Shown: positions 26,760-35,714 of the stretch, piece by piece
Numbering within the stretch: position 1 is the first letter of the stretch
Layout of the letters: each line of letters starts with the position of its first letter
IMG/VR virus record: IMGVR_UViG_2602041658_000005
Location: 15,174 to 79,173 of that record
Source of the DNA: a virus
Lineage: Duplodnaviria > Caudoviricetes
DNA length: 64,000 bases
Strand: one strand, 5' to 3'
Position numbers and translations under genes: made by a program
Notes under the pieces: generated by a model
The model's input: only the letters and a program-made list of their open reading frames with translations
The model's database searches: none
What the model was told of the DNA's origin: nothing

Positions 26760-27407
26760 ATGAGAGAAAGAAAAGAATATTGGGCAAAGGTTATAAGCGA
26801 GGAGGCTTTGTTGTTTCTCTGTTCGCAAAACATTTGTACTCGCGAATTGCCAATTATGAAAGTGTACGATATTGGTCGCAACGAGGTGATGATTGTTGAA
26901 ATATTAGGGTGTACTATCCCACAACAGATAAAGTATAAGTTTTTAGGCAGCAGTATATCTAAACTATCTCTTAAAGAAGCATTATCACTCGACATTAAAG
27001 ACAAGAAGCGAGCTGAAATTTTAGAAGATTGTTTGGTTAATGAAAACGAAAAAGATTACTCTAACAAATCTAATTTTATCTCTCGTGGTGCAATAAAGGG
27101 TAAGTGGAGTGATGATATTAAAGGGCTGAAGAATAATCCAGCCTTTGATGAGAGGTGTTCACTACTTCCCGATGAAATAGACCTGTACAATTTCTTCGAG
27201 AAATATAAGGGACACGCTAAATGTTTTCATATATTTGGTTATGTTGTTTGTTGCTATACACTTAATGGTTATATTACGGAATACAAGGAAAGTGATAAGA
27301 TTGAATACTTTATTGACGACAACCGCTACTATGCTATCAAGTTCAAGGACAGAGGCACGTTCCTTGTGAGCGAGAAAAGATATAAAGAACTAAAAGCAAA
27401 GAAATGA
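26760..27407 (+). CDS. Hypothetical protein
   Basis: ORF in the operon. Confidence 0.6.
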   Translation: MRERKEYWAKVISEEALLFLCSQNICTRELPIMKVYDIGRNEVMIVEILGCTIPQQIKYKFLGSSISKLSLKEALSLDIKDKKRAEILEDCLVNENEKDYSNKSNFISRGAIKGKWSDDIKGLKNNPAFDERCSLLPDEIDLYNFFEKYKGHAKCFHIFGYVVCCYTLNGYITEYKESDKIEYFIDDNRYYAIKFKDRGTFLVSEKRYKELKAKK

Positions 27408-27838
27408 TGCTGCAAGAGTTTAAAAACGACATATACCCACGTACGTTATGGGTTGCTACGAGTTGGGAGGATGTTAAGGATAAGTTTGTCTGTCATAAGA
27501 ACGATGAAAAACCAATAGAAAAGTACGAAGACGGTGATGCTTATACCTACCAATATGTTATGCACAAGAAAAATAAGAAATATGGCACGCTGATACTTTT
27601 CATTTTGGAAGGAGAAATGCTTGGTAGCGAAATTGTGGGACGTATTGCCCACGAAAGCCTACACGCAGTGAACTCTATTTTTGATGAGCTTAATATAGCG
27701 TACGATTTGGTCAACGATGAACACGCAGCCTATATGGTAGGTTATATAGCCAAGTGTTGTTGGAAAGTATTACAAAAAGAAATATATAAAAACAGAACTA
27801 ATGATGAAGAAGTACAGAAAGAAACCAGTAGTAGTTGA
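27404..27838 (+). CDS. HExxH (zincin-like) protein
   Basis: IAHESLHAV...DEHAAY. Confidence 0.65.
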   Translation: MMLQEFKNDIYPRTLWVATSWEDVKDKFVCHKNDEKPIEKYEDGDAYTYQYVMHKKNKKYGTLILFILEGEMLGSEIVGRIAHESLHAVNSIFDELNIAYDLVNDEHAAYMVGYIAKCCWKVLQKEIYKNRTNDEEVQKETSSS

Positions 27839-28082
27839 AGCCGTGCAATGGAACGGTAAAAATTTTGATGAGTGTATGAATTTCATGGGAGAAGACTGCG
27901 GAAATAAAGTCGCATACGAAGACTATGAAGAAAAATGTCTTAAATCAGAAGAACTAACTATTCATACGTTAGAGGGAAATATGATTACTTCTAAAGGCGA
28001 TTACATCATCAAAGGTGTGAATGGAGAGTTTTATCCTTGCAAGCCAGATATATTTGAGAAAACATACGAGGAAGTAGTATGA
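27801..28082 (+). CDS. PGDYG-like phage protein
   Basis: YRKKPVVVEAVQW...TLEG...GDYIIKGVNGEFYPCKPDIFEKTYE. Confidence 0.8.
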   Translation: MMKKYRKKPVVVEAVQWNGKNFDECMNFMGEDCGNKVAYEDYEEKCLKSEELTIHTLEGNMITSKGDYIIKGVNGEFYPCKPDIFEKTYEEVV

Positions 28083-28199
28083 ACTTTGTGAAAAATAATA
28101 CATGATAAAACGAGCTGCATTTAGATTTAGTGAGTTCCTATACGGAATACCTACGAGTAAAAAAACTATCGTCCATAGAAATATTAAACTTGTAATGAT

Positions 28200-28418
28200 A
28201 TGAGACAGGAAGATGTGAAAACCATTGATTATTTCGTAGCAAGTCTATCTGGAAAAGAGGTAAGGGAGCAGTTATCCCTTGCTTACCAACAGATGGAACT
28301 TTGCTTAGATGTACTAAACGGAAAGAAAGGTATAAAACCTATTGTAATGAAAGACAATGGGTTGTCTACCGATTTAGAGTTATTCTACAAATGTATAGAA
28401 GTAGTAGATAGTTTTTAA
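28200..28418 (+). CDS. Hypothetical protein
   Basis: ORF. Confidence 0.55.
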   Translation: MRQEDVKTIDYFVASLSGKEVREQLSLAYQQMELCLDVLNGKKGIKPIVMKDNGLSTDLELFYKCIEVVDSF

Positions 28419-28439
28419 TCAAAAGAAAGATATAAGATT

Positions 28440-29036
28440 ATGGAAAAAGAGGAAAAGAAAGACAGGAGAGTGCTACCTTTTAAGGAATATGCTCGATTTG
28501 GCAATTTTAAGATAAAGAAAGTGAATTTGCTTATTTCCGATAAGGGAACGGCGCAAGAGGAAGATCCAATGGCAGAGTTGTCGGAGGAAAATATTGATAA
28601 GAGGGGTTTGTATAAAATAGAGGCTGTCAAAATAGCTTCATTGGAAGAGTTGTGGTGTGTGCGTATTCCATCAAATAGGGTGATGTACCGCTTTATAGTA
28701 GACTTATACGAAGAGAATAAGGAGGAAAACGATAAGATACTAAGCACATTGTTTTGCAATATCAGCAACGTAACTTCTTTAGGTGATGGTTTGTTTCATG
28801 ACGTAGTTATTCATGCTGCTATGGCTTATATGAACCGTAGAGACGAAGTAAGTTCAAAGGAAGACAAGGTAAAAGAGTATAAACGCATAACGGATTCTAT
28901 CTTAGCCGATATGCTTAAGGACTTAGAAAGTTATACTCCTAAGAAGAAGATAGATGAAACAAAGAAAGAGTTTAGGCAATCTGTACTTGCTGATGAGCTA
29001 AGAGCAAAGACTATAAACGAAAACGAGGCGAGCTAA
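28440..29036 (+). CDS. Hypothetical protein
   Basis: ORF. Confidence 0.65.
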   Translation: MEKEEKKDRRVLPFKEYARFGNFKIKKVNLLISDKGTAQEEDPMAELSEENIDKRGLYKIEAVKIASLEELWCVRIPSNRVMYRFIVDLYEENKEENDKILSTLFCNISNVTSLGDGLFHDVVIHAAMAYMNRRDEVSSKEDKVKEYKRITDSILADMLKDLESYTPKKKIDETKKEFRQSVLADELRAKTINENEAS

Positions 29037-29048
29037 GAAAAGTTTAAT

Positions 29049-29666
29049 ATGGCAAAGGATTGGAAAGGTAACGGGAATAGTATCTTTAAGACGCTTGGGG
29101 CAAGTAACCATACTACAAAAGAACGTGAAGAGAACGACTTCTATGCTACGGATAACATAGCTATAGACCGGTTAAGGGCAAAGTTTGATATTCCTCACGA
29201 TGTATGGGAGCCATGCTGTGGAGAAGGAACCTTGTCGGAGCGTTTAAAGGCGTTTGGACATAACGTGTACTCTTCTGATATTATAGATAGGGGTTATGGC
29301 GATGAGGTAAAAGATTTCTTTAGTTATGACAAAGCTCCTGCTATTCTTGGGGAGGACTTTTGTATACTCACTAATCCCCCTTATAAATATGCCTGCGATG
29401 TTGTAAAACACTCATTAAGTTTGCTTCCTAAGGGTTGCTATTCTATAATGTTTTTGAAGACTACCTTTTTAGAGGGTAAACGAAGATATGAGGAACTGTT
29501 CAGTAAAACGCCCCCGAAGTATGTTTTTCAGTATATTAGTAGGGTATTGTGCGCTAAAAACGGTGATTTCGACTACATGCGCTCTCATGGAGGCTCTGCG
29601 GTGAGCTATGCTATGTATGTTTTTGAAAAAGGGTATAACGGTACGTCTGTGATAGATTGGATTTAA
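29049..29666 (+). CDS. Small phage adenine-type DNA methyltransferase
   Basis: DFYAT, WEPCCGEG and TNPPY motifs. Confidence 0.85.
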   Translation: MAKDWKGNGNSIFKTLGASNHTTKEREENDFYATDNIAIDRLRAKFDIPHDVWEPCCGEGTLSERLKAFGHNVYSSDIIDRGYGDEVKDFFSYDKAPAILGEDFCILTNPPYKYACDVVKHSLSLLPKGCYSIMFLKTTFLEGKRRYEELFSKTPPKYVFQYISRVLCAKNGDFDYMRSHGGSAVSYAMYVFEKGYNGTSVIDWI

Positions 29667-29678
29667 TAAGGCTGCGCT

Positions 29679-29843
29679 ATGATTTGGTTAATTCTAATTA
29701 CGACGGTATTAATGTTTTACTGGGTTTACCTTGCAACAGGAATAGACTTATACAAAGGGGGACTATTTATATTTGTTTTTAGGTTAATAGTTACCTTGTA
29801 TATAGAATTTTTCTTGCTTGTATGGTGGTTCTATAATTCTTAA
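29679..29843 (+). CDS. Small membrane protein (54 aa)
   Basis: Manual translation MIWLILITTVLMFYW... Confidence 0.45.
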   Translation: MIWLILITTVLMFYWVYLATGIDLYKGGLFIFVFRLIVTLYIEFFLLVWWFYNS

Positions 29844-29915
29844 TCCTTAACTCGCCTACCATGCGTAGAAGGAGTAACAAGGGCGTATATTGGTTGTACG
29901 CCTTTTGTCTTTGTT

Positions 29916-31001
29916 CTATTTTGTTCCGTCTTGCTTTACAGATGGTTCTTTTACCCAAATATCTATATTGTCGTGGGTCAAACTTTTTCCAAATTCAGAT
30001 ATAAAATACGCTATGAATTGCTGGTCTGGTCTAAACATTTCACATTTCGCACCCTCATTATCTTTGCAGTACTTGGGGTTACCACACTTTTTGTATAATA
30101 CACAGAACTTATCGAGAGATAGGTCTGTTTTTTGCCATTTACAAACCTCGCAGGTTTTAGGCAGAATACCATCAAGGTAAGCTTTAACCTTTCCTATAGT
30201 ATAAAGCCCAATACTCTCTATAAAGTAAGAGAGACTGTTATTGTAGGGTACACTTATTTCATAGATTCCTCTACGATAGACTGAATAATTCTTACAAGTA
30301 AACAGTTGAGTTTCTACATAGCTTTTTAGAGATGGGAATAGTATGTATTTCTGAAATGGAAGTTCTAACTTGTCTGATAGGGTTTTATTGCACTTAAAAT
30401 TATAAAACCTGACCCTTTCGCTTTCTATTAAGTAATGCGAGTTAACGATTTCCAATACATCCTCTTCTGATTGTATTGAAATTTCTATAATCCTAATTCC
30501 TGAACTTATTTTTTTCTCGCTACATTCGTGTGTTACGAAAATTTCAATAAAAAGAGGCGAGTCTGTTCCGTTGTTTCTTTGACAAAATAAATCAGCAACA
30601 AAATTGTTGTATCTTTGTTCTCGAACACATCGTGAATAGTATTTTTTTATATCAAATCTTGACCGTTGGGTTGCAAGGCAGTAATTCTCATTATAAAACT
30701 TACACTCCCCTGTCCTTATGCACTTCCTGTAACTATTCATATCAATAGTAATAGATTCACTTTCGTTGAACCAGTCCATTATGAGTACTTCTGAAATAGA
30801 ATGCAAGTACTTGTCATAAGAGCATGCTTTTACTTTATGTGCGAAATGCCATTGCCTCACTCCTCCGCGCTTGGCTATCAATTCTTTACGACAGCAAGGA
30901 CAAAGAAACGTTTGCTGTTCTCTTTTAGGACAGTCATGTATATCAACCAATTTGTCGTTTTCGTCAAGTGCAAAATGTTGTAGCTTGCAACCTTTCTCCA
31001 T
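29916..31001 (-). CDS. CoiA-like Zn-finger plus PD-(D/E)XK nuclease
   Basis: FLCPCC..ELIAKRG..RQWHFAH; ADL...FIEIFVTH; own TATATTTG promoter near 31077. Confidence 0.75.
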   Translation of the reverse strand: MEKGCKLQHFALDENDKLVDIHDCPKREQQTFLCPCCRKELIAKRGGVRQWHFAHKVKACSYDKYLHSISEVLIMDWFNESESITIDMNSYRKCIRTGECKFYNENYCLATQRSRFDIKKYYSRCVREQRYNNFVADLFCQRNNGTDSPLFIEIFVTHECSEKKISSGIRIIEISIQSEEDVLEIVNSHYLIESERVRFYNFKCNKTLSDKLELPFQKYILFPSLKSYVETQLFTCKNYSVYRRGIYEISVPYNNSLSYFIESIGLYTIGKVKAYLDGILPKTCEVCKWQKTDLSLDKFCVLYKKCGNPKYCKDNEGAKCEMFRPDQQFIAYFISEFGKSLTHDNIDIWVKEPSVKQDGTK

Positions 31002-31126
31002 GCTGTTGTTTTATTAAAGAATCCAGCCCATCGCAAAATAATAGGCTGTGTAATATAGCACCCATATTGTGAGTGCAAATATAAAAAGAAAATGTTAATG
31101 GAGGTTGAAAACGGTGATTTTTTTGC

Positions 31127-31654
31127 TTATTCTTTGTCTTTGCACATTTCCCTTGCCATCTCTATCTCTGCCTGCTTTTCGTTATATTCTTGAAGAAGTG
31201 GGCAGTCGTTGCATTTTAAAGGCATATATATACGAATGCTATCTTCTTCGGGTTCTGCGTCTACGGTGCTGTTGCGCCGTAGTAGTTCGGTATATTTAAC
31301 AAACATTTCTCCTCGCTCTTTAGAACCCTCTGGGAGTAGCTGTGCAGCTTTAAGAACCTGCTTAGCAGCATCTTCTGTACTCATAAGTTCCATGTCTTCA
31401 TTATCTTTCAAAGGTAACCTTGAGCGTAGAGAATCTATGCGGTCATTGACCATTTCTTTAAAGCGTCCTGACTTTGTTATGCCCTCTCTTATGCTTTGGT
31501 TTTGCTGAAAATTCAAGACAGCATTTTCTTGATACACTATATCGTAAGCCTCATTAGGTGTATAACCTATTGTTATTAAATCTGCCATTACTAAGGTGGC
31601 AGGGTCTATGGCGTATTTCTTTGCCTCTTTTATAATTCTTTTACTAAGTTCCAT
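31127..31654 (-). CDS. Hypothetical protein, candidate terminase small subunit
   Basis: Position in the packaging operon; helical, with C-terminal CxxC. The assignment is positional only. Confidence 0.4.
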   Translation of the reverse strand: MELSKRIIKEAKKYAIDPATLVMADLITIGYTPNEAYDIVYQENAVLNFQQNQSIREGITKSGRFKEMVNDRIDSLRSRLPLKDNEDMELMSTEDAAKQVLKAAQLLPEGSKERGEMFVKYTELLRRNSTVDAEPEEDSIRIYMPLKCNDCPLLQEYNEKQAEIEMAREMCKDKE

Positions 31655-31668
31655 AAAGTATATTGTCT

Positions 31669-32610
31669 TTACATGTTAGGTTCTTTAAAAGTAGAACCGT
31701 TAGACTTTTCGGCTCTTTCTAATTGTTCTATTGTAAAAATGGGAACTCGCCAACACTTACAATTGGGGTGTGGGTATTCTTCATTTATATCTGCTTTATG
31801 TAAGCCTACCTCTGCATCGCATAAAGAGCAGGGGTATGAGCTTCCGCGCTGCTGATAATAATACTCTACATTAGAGGATTCAAACTCCATAAGTTGCTCT
31901 CTCATCCACGCCATATTCATAGTAGTTTTAGCCATATTAATAACATTAACGGCATTGCTACTACTTGCGCCTATGGAACTCAAAGGGACATTATCAACGC
32001 TGTGATTGCCATGTGAAAGGAGATACATAGCCTGCATAGCGATTATATTCTTCTTAGACATGGCAAGGCGGACTTCAGGGGTAGCGTAAACAGAGTGCAG
32101 TGAGCTTTTTATTTTAGCTATGGCAGCTGATTTTGTAAAATTAGAATTATTCTCCATAGAGAGTTTTATAGCAGCTATAAGAGCCTCTAAATCGTATAAA
32201 TATCTAAACAAATAACCTCGCAAGGTATCTTGCAAGGTATTATTTCTACGTCCTAACGAAGCAATGTAGGCTACTATGGCTTTTTTGCTTTTTTCGCTTT
32301 TAGTATTCTTTACCGAATATTCTACGATGAGCGTCATTATCTCGTCCTCTATACGGTTCATGACCTCTTCGATTTGAGCAAACATCTGCTTGTTAGTGGT
32401 TAGCTTAAAACTTTTAGCAGGAATGTTGTACATAAGACATATTTGCGCAATCTCGCCAGCGGCGTTGGTAAGAATATTATCTATACGTGTACCTAAGCTG
32501 TTAGAGGTATATTCTCTTTTAAGAATAAAGTTTTTAGCCTTGTTAATGTCTTGCAAGGTGGGTTTAAGAAACTTTGTCGTATCTATTTTAATATTTATAG
32601 TCTTATCCAT
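31669..32610 (-). CDS. Head morphogenesis (Mu F / SPP1 gp7-like) protein
   Basis: C-terminal CSLCD...PHPNCKC. Confidence 0.7.
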   Translation of the reverse strand: MDKTINIKIDTTKFLKPTLQDINKAKNFILKREYTSNSLGTRIDNILTNAAGEIAQICLMYNIPAKSFKLTTNKQMFAQIEEVMNRIEDEIMTLIVEYSVKNTKSEKSKKAIVAYIASLGRRNNTLQDTLRGYLFRYLYDLEALIAAIKLSMENNSNFTKSAAIAKIKSSLHSVYATPEVRLAMSKKNIIAMQAMYLLSHGNHSVDNVPLSSIGASSSNAVNVINMAKTTMNMAWMREQLMEFESSNVEYYYQQRGSSYPCSLCDAEVGLHKADINEEYPHPNCKCWRVPIFTIEQLERAEKSNGSTFKEPNM

Positions 32611-32935
32611 TGTGTGAGGCTAAACGTTCTTTTTCTTTCTTCTCTATGATGCGCATGGCTTTAACCTGTTGTCTTGTCATGGCTTTGATGATAGTGTTTT
32701 GTACTTTCTCTAAGACAAACTTAGGAGTGTCATTATCTCTGATAAAAACAGGATAAGCCCATCTCCTGTATTTTTTAAAGAAGAGTTGTCCGTCTTCTGA
32801 ATCTATTTTGATAGCTATTCTCAAAGTAGGTATCCAAAGATCCCTTTTACCCGGTTTATTTACAGCTCTGGCGTATTTAATATTATTTTCTTCGAGAAAC
32901 TTTTTAACCTTTTCGAGCTTGTTAATATTCTTCAT
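32603..32935 (-). CDS. Small PD-(D/E)XK-like protein
   Basis: RDLWIPTLRIAIKID resembles DUF559/Vsr-like cores. Confidence 0.45.
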   Translation of the reverse strand: MKNINKLEKVKKFLEENNIKYARAVNKPGKRDLWIPTLRIAIKIDSEDGQLFFKKYRRWAYPVFIRDNDTPKFVLEKVQNTIIKAMTRQQVKAMRIIEKKEKERLASHNG

Positions 32936-32987
32936 AAATAACAGAAAATATAGTCTTCACTTTTTACAATCTATATATACCATGTTA

Positions 32988-33692
32988 CTATGTTCTCCAT
33001 TTACAGCCTACACGGTATGTGTTAGCTTGTACTTGGAATCCATAGTTGAGTGTAGTAAAAGTATAACCTTCAATATCACGGAAGTGAACTCCTTTCATTT
33101 GAGTCCATATAAAGTGAGTTATCTTTTTAAAATATCTCTTTTTTACTCCGTTTTTGATTATTTTTACTATAGTAGAAACAGATTTGCCGATTTTTTGTGC
33201 AATAGTTTTGTAAGAAAGTCCTTTTTCGCAGTATTTGTTTCCATAACCATACCTCCTACATACTTTTTGCGCTTCTTTGACTTTTTTAGGGTTGTGAGCG
33301 TGATGTGCATTGTGAATAGCATGTTTACAGAAATCTTTTTGCTGTTGAATAAGTACGACTTGCAAAGCCTGCAATGATTTTTCTACTGTTTTTACGTTTT
33401 TAAAGTCCATGTTGCCAATATTCATGTTTCTATCTTTGTGTTTACTCACCGTAGAGCGAAAAACGAGGCTGTTTTTCTCCACAAAGATAAGTCCATGTTC
33501 TTTTAATGTACGCAATCTCTTTTTAATAGTGTTAGCGTGCATTCCGGTCATGTCATGAATAAGGTTTATTGAATATTTATGCAAAATAGAGGCTTTAGTC
33601 TTACTTTTTATTAAGTAAGCCATAGCTATTGCTTTGAGTAAAGCAGTGTCATGGAAAGTTTCCTTCACTAAAGACCGTCTAATATGCTTCAT
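32988..33692 (-). CDS. Basic protein with two HTH-like motifs
   Basis: IHDMTGMHANTIKKRL and YKTIAQKIGKSVSTI. Confidence 0.65.
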   Translation of the reverse strand: MKHIRRSLVKETFHDTALLKAIAMAYLIKSKTKASILHKYSINLIHDMTGMHANTIKKRLRTLKEHGLIFVEKNSLVFRSTVSKHKDRNMNIGNMDFKNVKTVEKSLQALQVVLIQQQKDFCKHAIHNAHHAHNPKKVKEAQKVCRRYGYGNKYCEKGLSYKTIAQKIGKSVSTIVKIIKNGVKKRYFKKITHFIWTQMKGVHFRDIEGYTFTTLNYGFQVQANTYRVGCKWRT

Positions 33693-33934
33693 ACGCGATC
33701 TAAGAAAAAAAATGTGAGGGCGTTATAAACCGATTGTGAAAACTTTTTCAGCAAAAAAAGACAATCTACTTTACAACTCCCTCTTTATTTAGTAGCCTTT
33801 CGGCTTTGATTATTATTTTATTAAATTTCCTTACTGAAAAAGATTTCTTTAGCGCGAAGGTATAAAGTGAAAAGTTTATAACCCCGTGGAAAATCAAAAA
33901 TCTTAAAAGAAATACCAAAAGTTTTTTGTTAATC

Positions 33935-35689
33935 TTAGTGTTTCGCATTGTAAGCATCCCATTTAGAGTATGCTTTACCCTTTGTAGGGTCAACTTTATT
34001 GCGGTTAGCATCCCATAAGAACTGCCCTTTCCCTGAAATTATTTGTGCCTTATCCTTAGCGTTATTGTTGGAAGTGTCTTTCGATAGGTCGGTTTTCTTT
34101 TCAGAAATCTTATTTATCTCTTCTGTTTGCTTTATAGAGTTTTGAGTTTGCACATCTAACTTTTGTTCTGTCAGCAATAAATCCATTTCCTGTTCATGTT
34201 TTTTCTCTGCGAGTATTCTATCCCATTCTTGGGGTGTAGAATAAACAGATTTTTCAGAAGCTGTTTGTTTGGAAAGGAATCCGTTTTGAACCTGCATGGC
34301 GAGGTTATTTGTAAGTTCTGTTTCATTTAAATGGACGTATGGCTTTATGTAATGGGAAATAGGTGTGCTTTTAAAAAGTAGCTGATTATTAGTTTCTACA
34401 CCGTACCCAAAAGAGAAGATGTCGACCATTTTATCTACAACCTGATCGTATTCGTTAGCATCAGCCATAGCTTTTTCATACGCAGGCGAATATAAAATTT
34501 TAAGTGCAGCAGCAGGTAAGTCTCCGGACTTTAGTTCTGGTGGTATAACAGCGAAAGATTGCGTATAGATTTGCTTTTCTAAAATTTCGAGTTCTTTTGC
34601 ATAACCTGTGCTTGCATCTTGTTTATTAAGGAAGCCCATGTCCCCGTCAGAGGGTAGGAAGAATATTTTAGAGGCGTGGCTCATATCTTGCTTGCTAACC
34701 TCTTCTGACCCTTCCCCTTTCACGTACATGATAGGTAAGCCAAAGTCGTGGTTACTTTGCGCCATGCGTGAGAACGCCATTTCATAGTTGTCGATAGTTT
34801 CTTGCGAGAGAGTCCAACATGCTCCCATGTCATCTCTATGATAAGCTACGGGTATAGAATCGAACCCATGTGTTTCTTTTATTTCGAGCGAGTAACCTTT
34901 AACATTAAAGAGATTGTCGATAGCTTGTTTAAACTTCTTTAAAGCTGTGGTAGCTTCGCCATCGGCTTTAAATCTGTAATAATAAGTATCGTCCCAAACA
35001 TCTATATACCTATTAACTACATTACCATTATCAGCGTAATTACAGTAAGTCCGGGCTAAGAGGTTAAGCCTTCCGGTTTTTGTATCGTAGTGAGGGAAGA
35101 TTTTGTCGCCTTTTAAGAAAGATAGGATTTTCCATCCAAAGCGTTTATTATCAAGATAACCTACCATAGCACCATCACCGGTGGCTTTAACGGATTTAGC
35201 CAAGAGATACCATGCTGTTTCCATGTTACGTTCTTGCCAGCCTCGTTTAAAGGTGTTGTATGTTTTTCTTGACTTGTCATCGTCTTTCTTATCGGCAAGT
35301 TCAAACTGAATATCATTACCGCAAAGATGTGTTAGCTGTTTGTTTAAGATGACATATTGAAAGCTAAAAGCATATCTTGGGACTTCTTCTAAATACCACA
35401 ATCCTTTTCCTTCTTCTCTTGTGTCTTGCCGCCATATATCATGATAATATTCGCGGTCGTTGATGAGGTGTCCGTAAGGGTCGAGTTCTCTTGCGAAATC
35501 TTCTTGTGTTACGATTTTGCGATGTAGGTAATCGTAAATAGGGGCTTCCTCCATAGTATTGCCAAAGCGTTCGCCATGATTATAATGCCCATTAGGCTTT
35601 ATTCGAGTAAAGGGTTTTTTTGTTAGCAGCTCCCTTACGTTAAGGGTGCGCGCTTGGTCTTTTTTTATATTTATTTTGGTTAAATCCAT
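33935..35689 (-). CDS. Portal protein (SPP1-like)
   Basis: 584 aa, directly after the terminase; HGFDSIPVAY; LSKQTA. Confidence 0.8.
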   Translation of the reverse strand: MDLTKINIKKDQARTLNVRELLTKKPFTRIKPNGHYNHGERFGNTMEEAPIYDYLHRKIVTQEDFARELDPYGHLINDREYYHDIWRQDTREEGKGLWYLEEVPRYAFSFQYVILNKQLTHLCGNDIQFELADKKDDDKSRKTYNTFKRGWQERNMETAWYLLAKSVKATGDGAMVGYLDNKRFGWKILSFLKGDKIFPHYDTKTGRLNLLARTYCNYADNGNVVNRYIDVWDDTYYYRFKADGEATTALKKFKQAIDNLFNVKGYSLEIKETHGFDSIPVAYHRDDMGACWTLSQETIDNYEMAFSRMAQSNHDFGLPIMYVKGEGSEEVSKQDMSHASKIFFLPSDGDMGFLNKQDASTGYAKELEILEKQIYTQSFAVIPPELKSGDLPAAALKILYSPAYEKAMADANEYDQVVDKMVDIFSFGYGVETNNQLLFKSTPISHYIKPYVHLNETELTNNLAMQVQNGFLSKQTASEKSVYSTPQEWDRILAEKKHEQEMDLLLTEQKLDVQTQNSIKQTEEINKISEKKTDLSKDTSNNNAKDKAQIISGKGQFLWDANRNKVDPTKGKAYSKWDAYNAKH

Positions 35690-35714
35690 ATAGCGTATGT
35701 GTGTTTAAAAAAAA

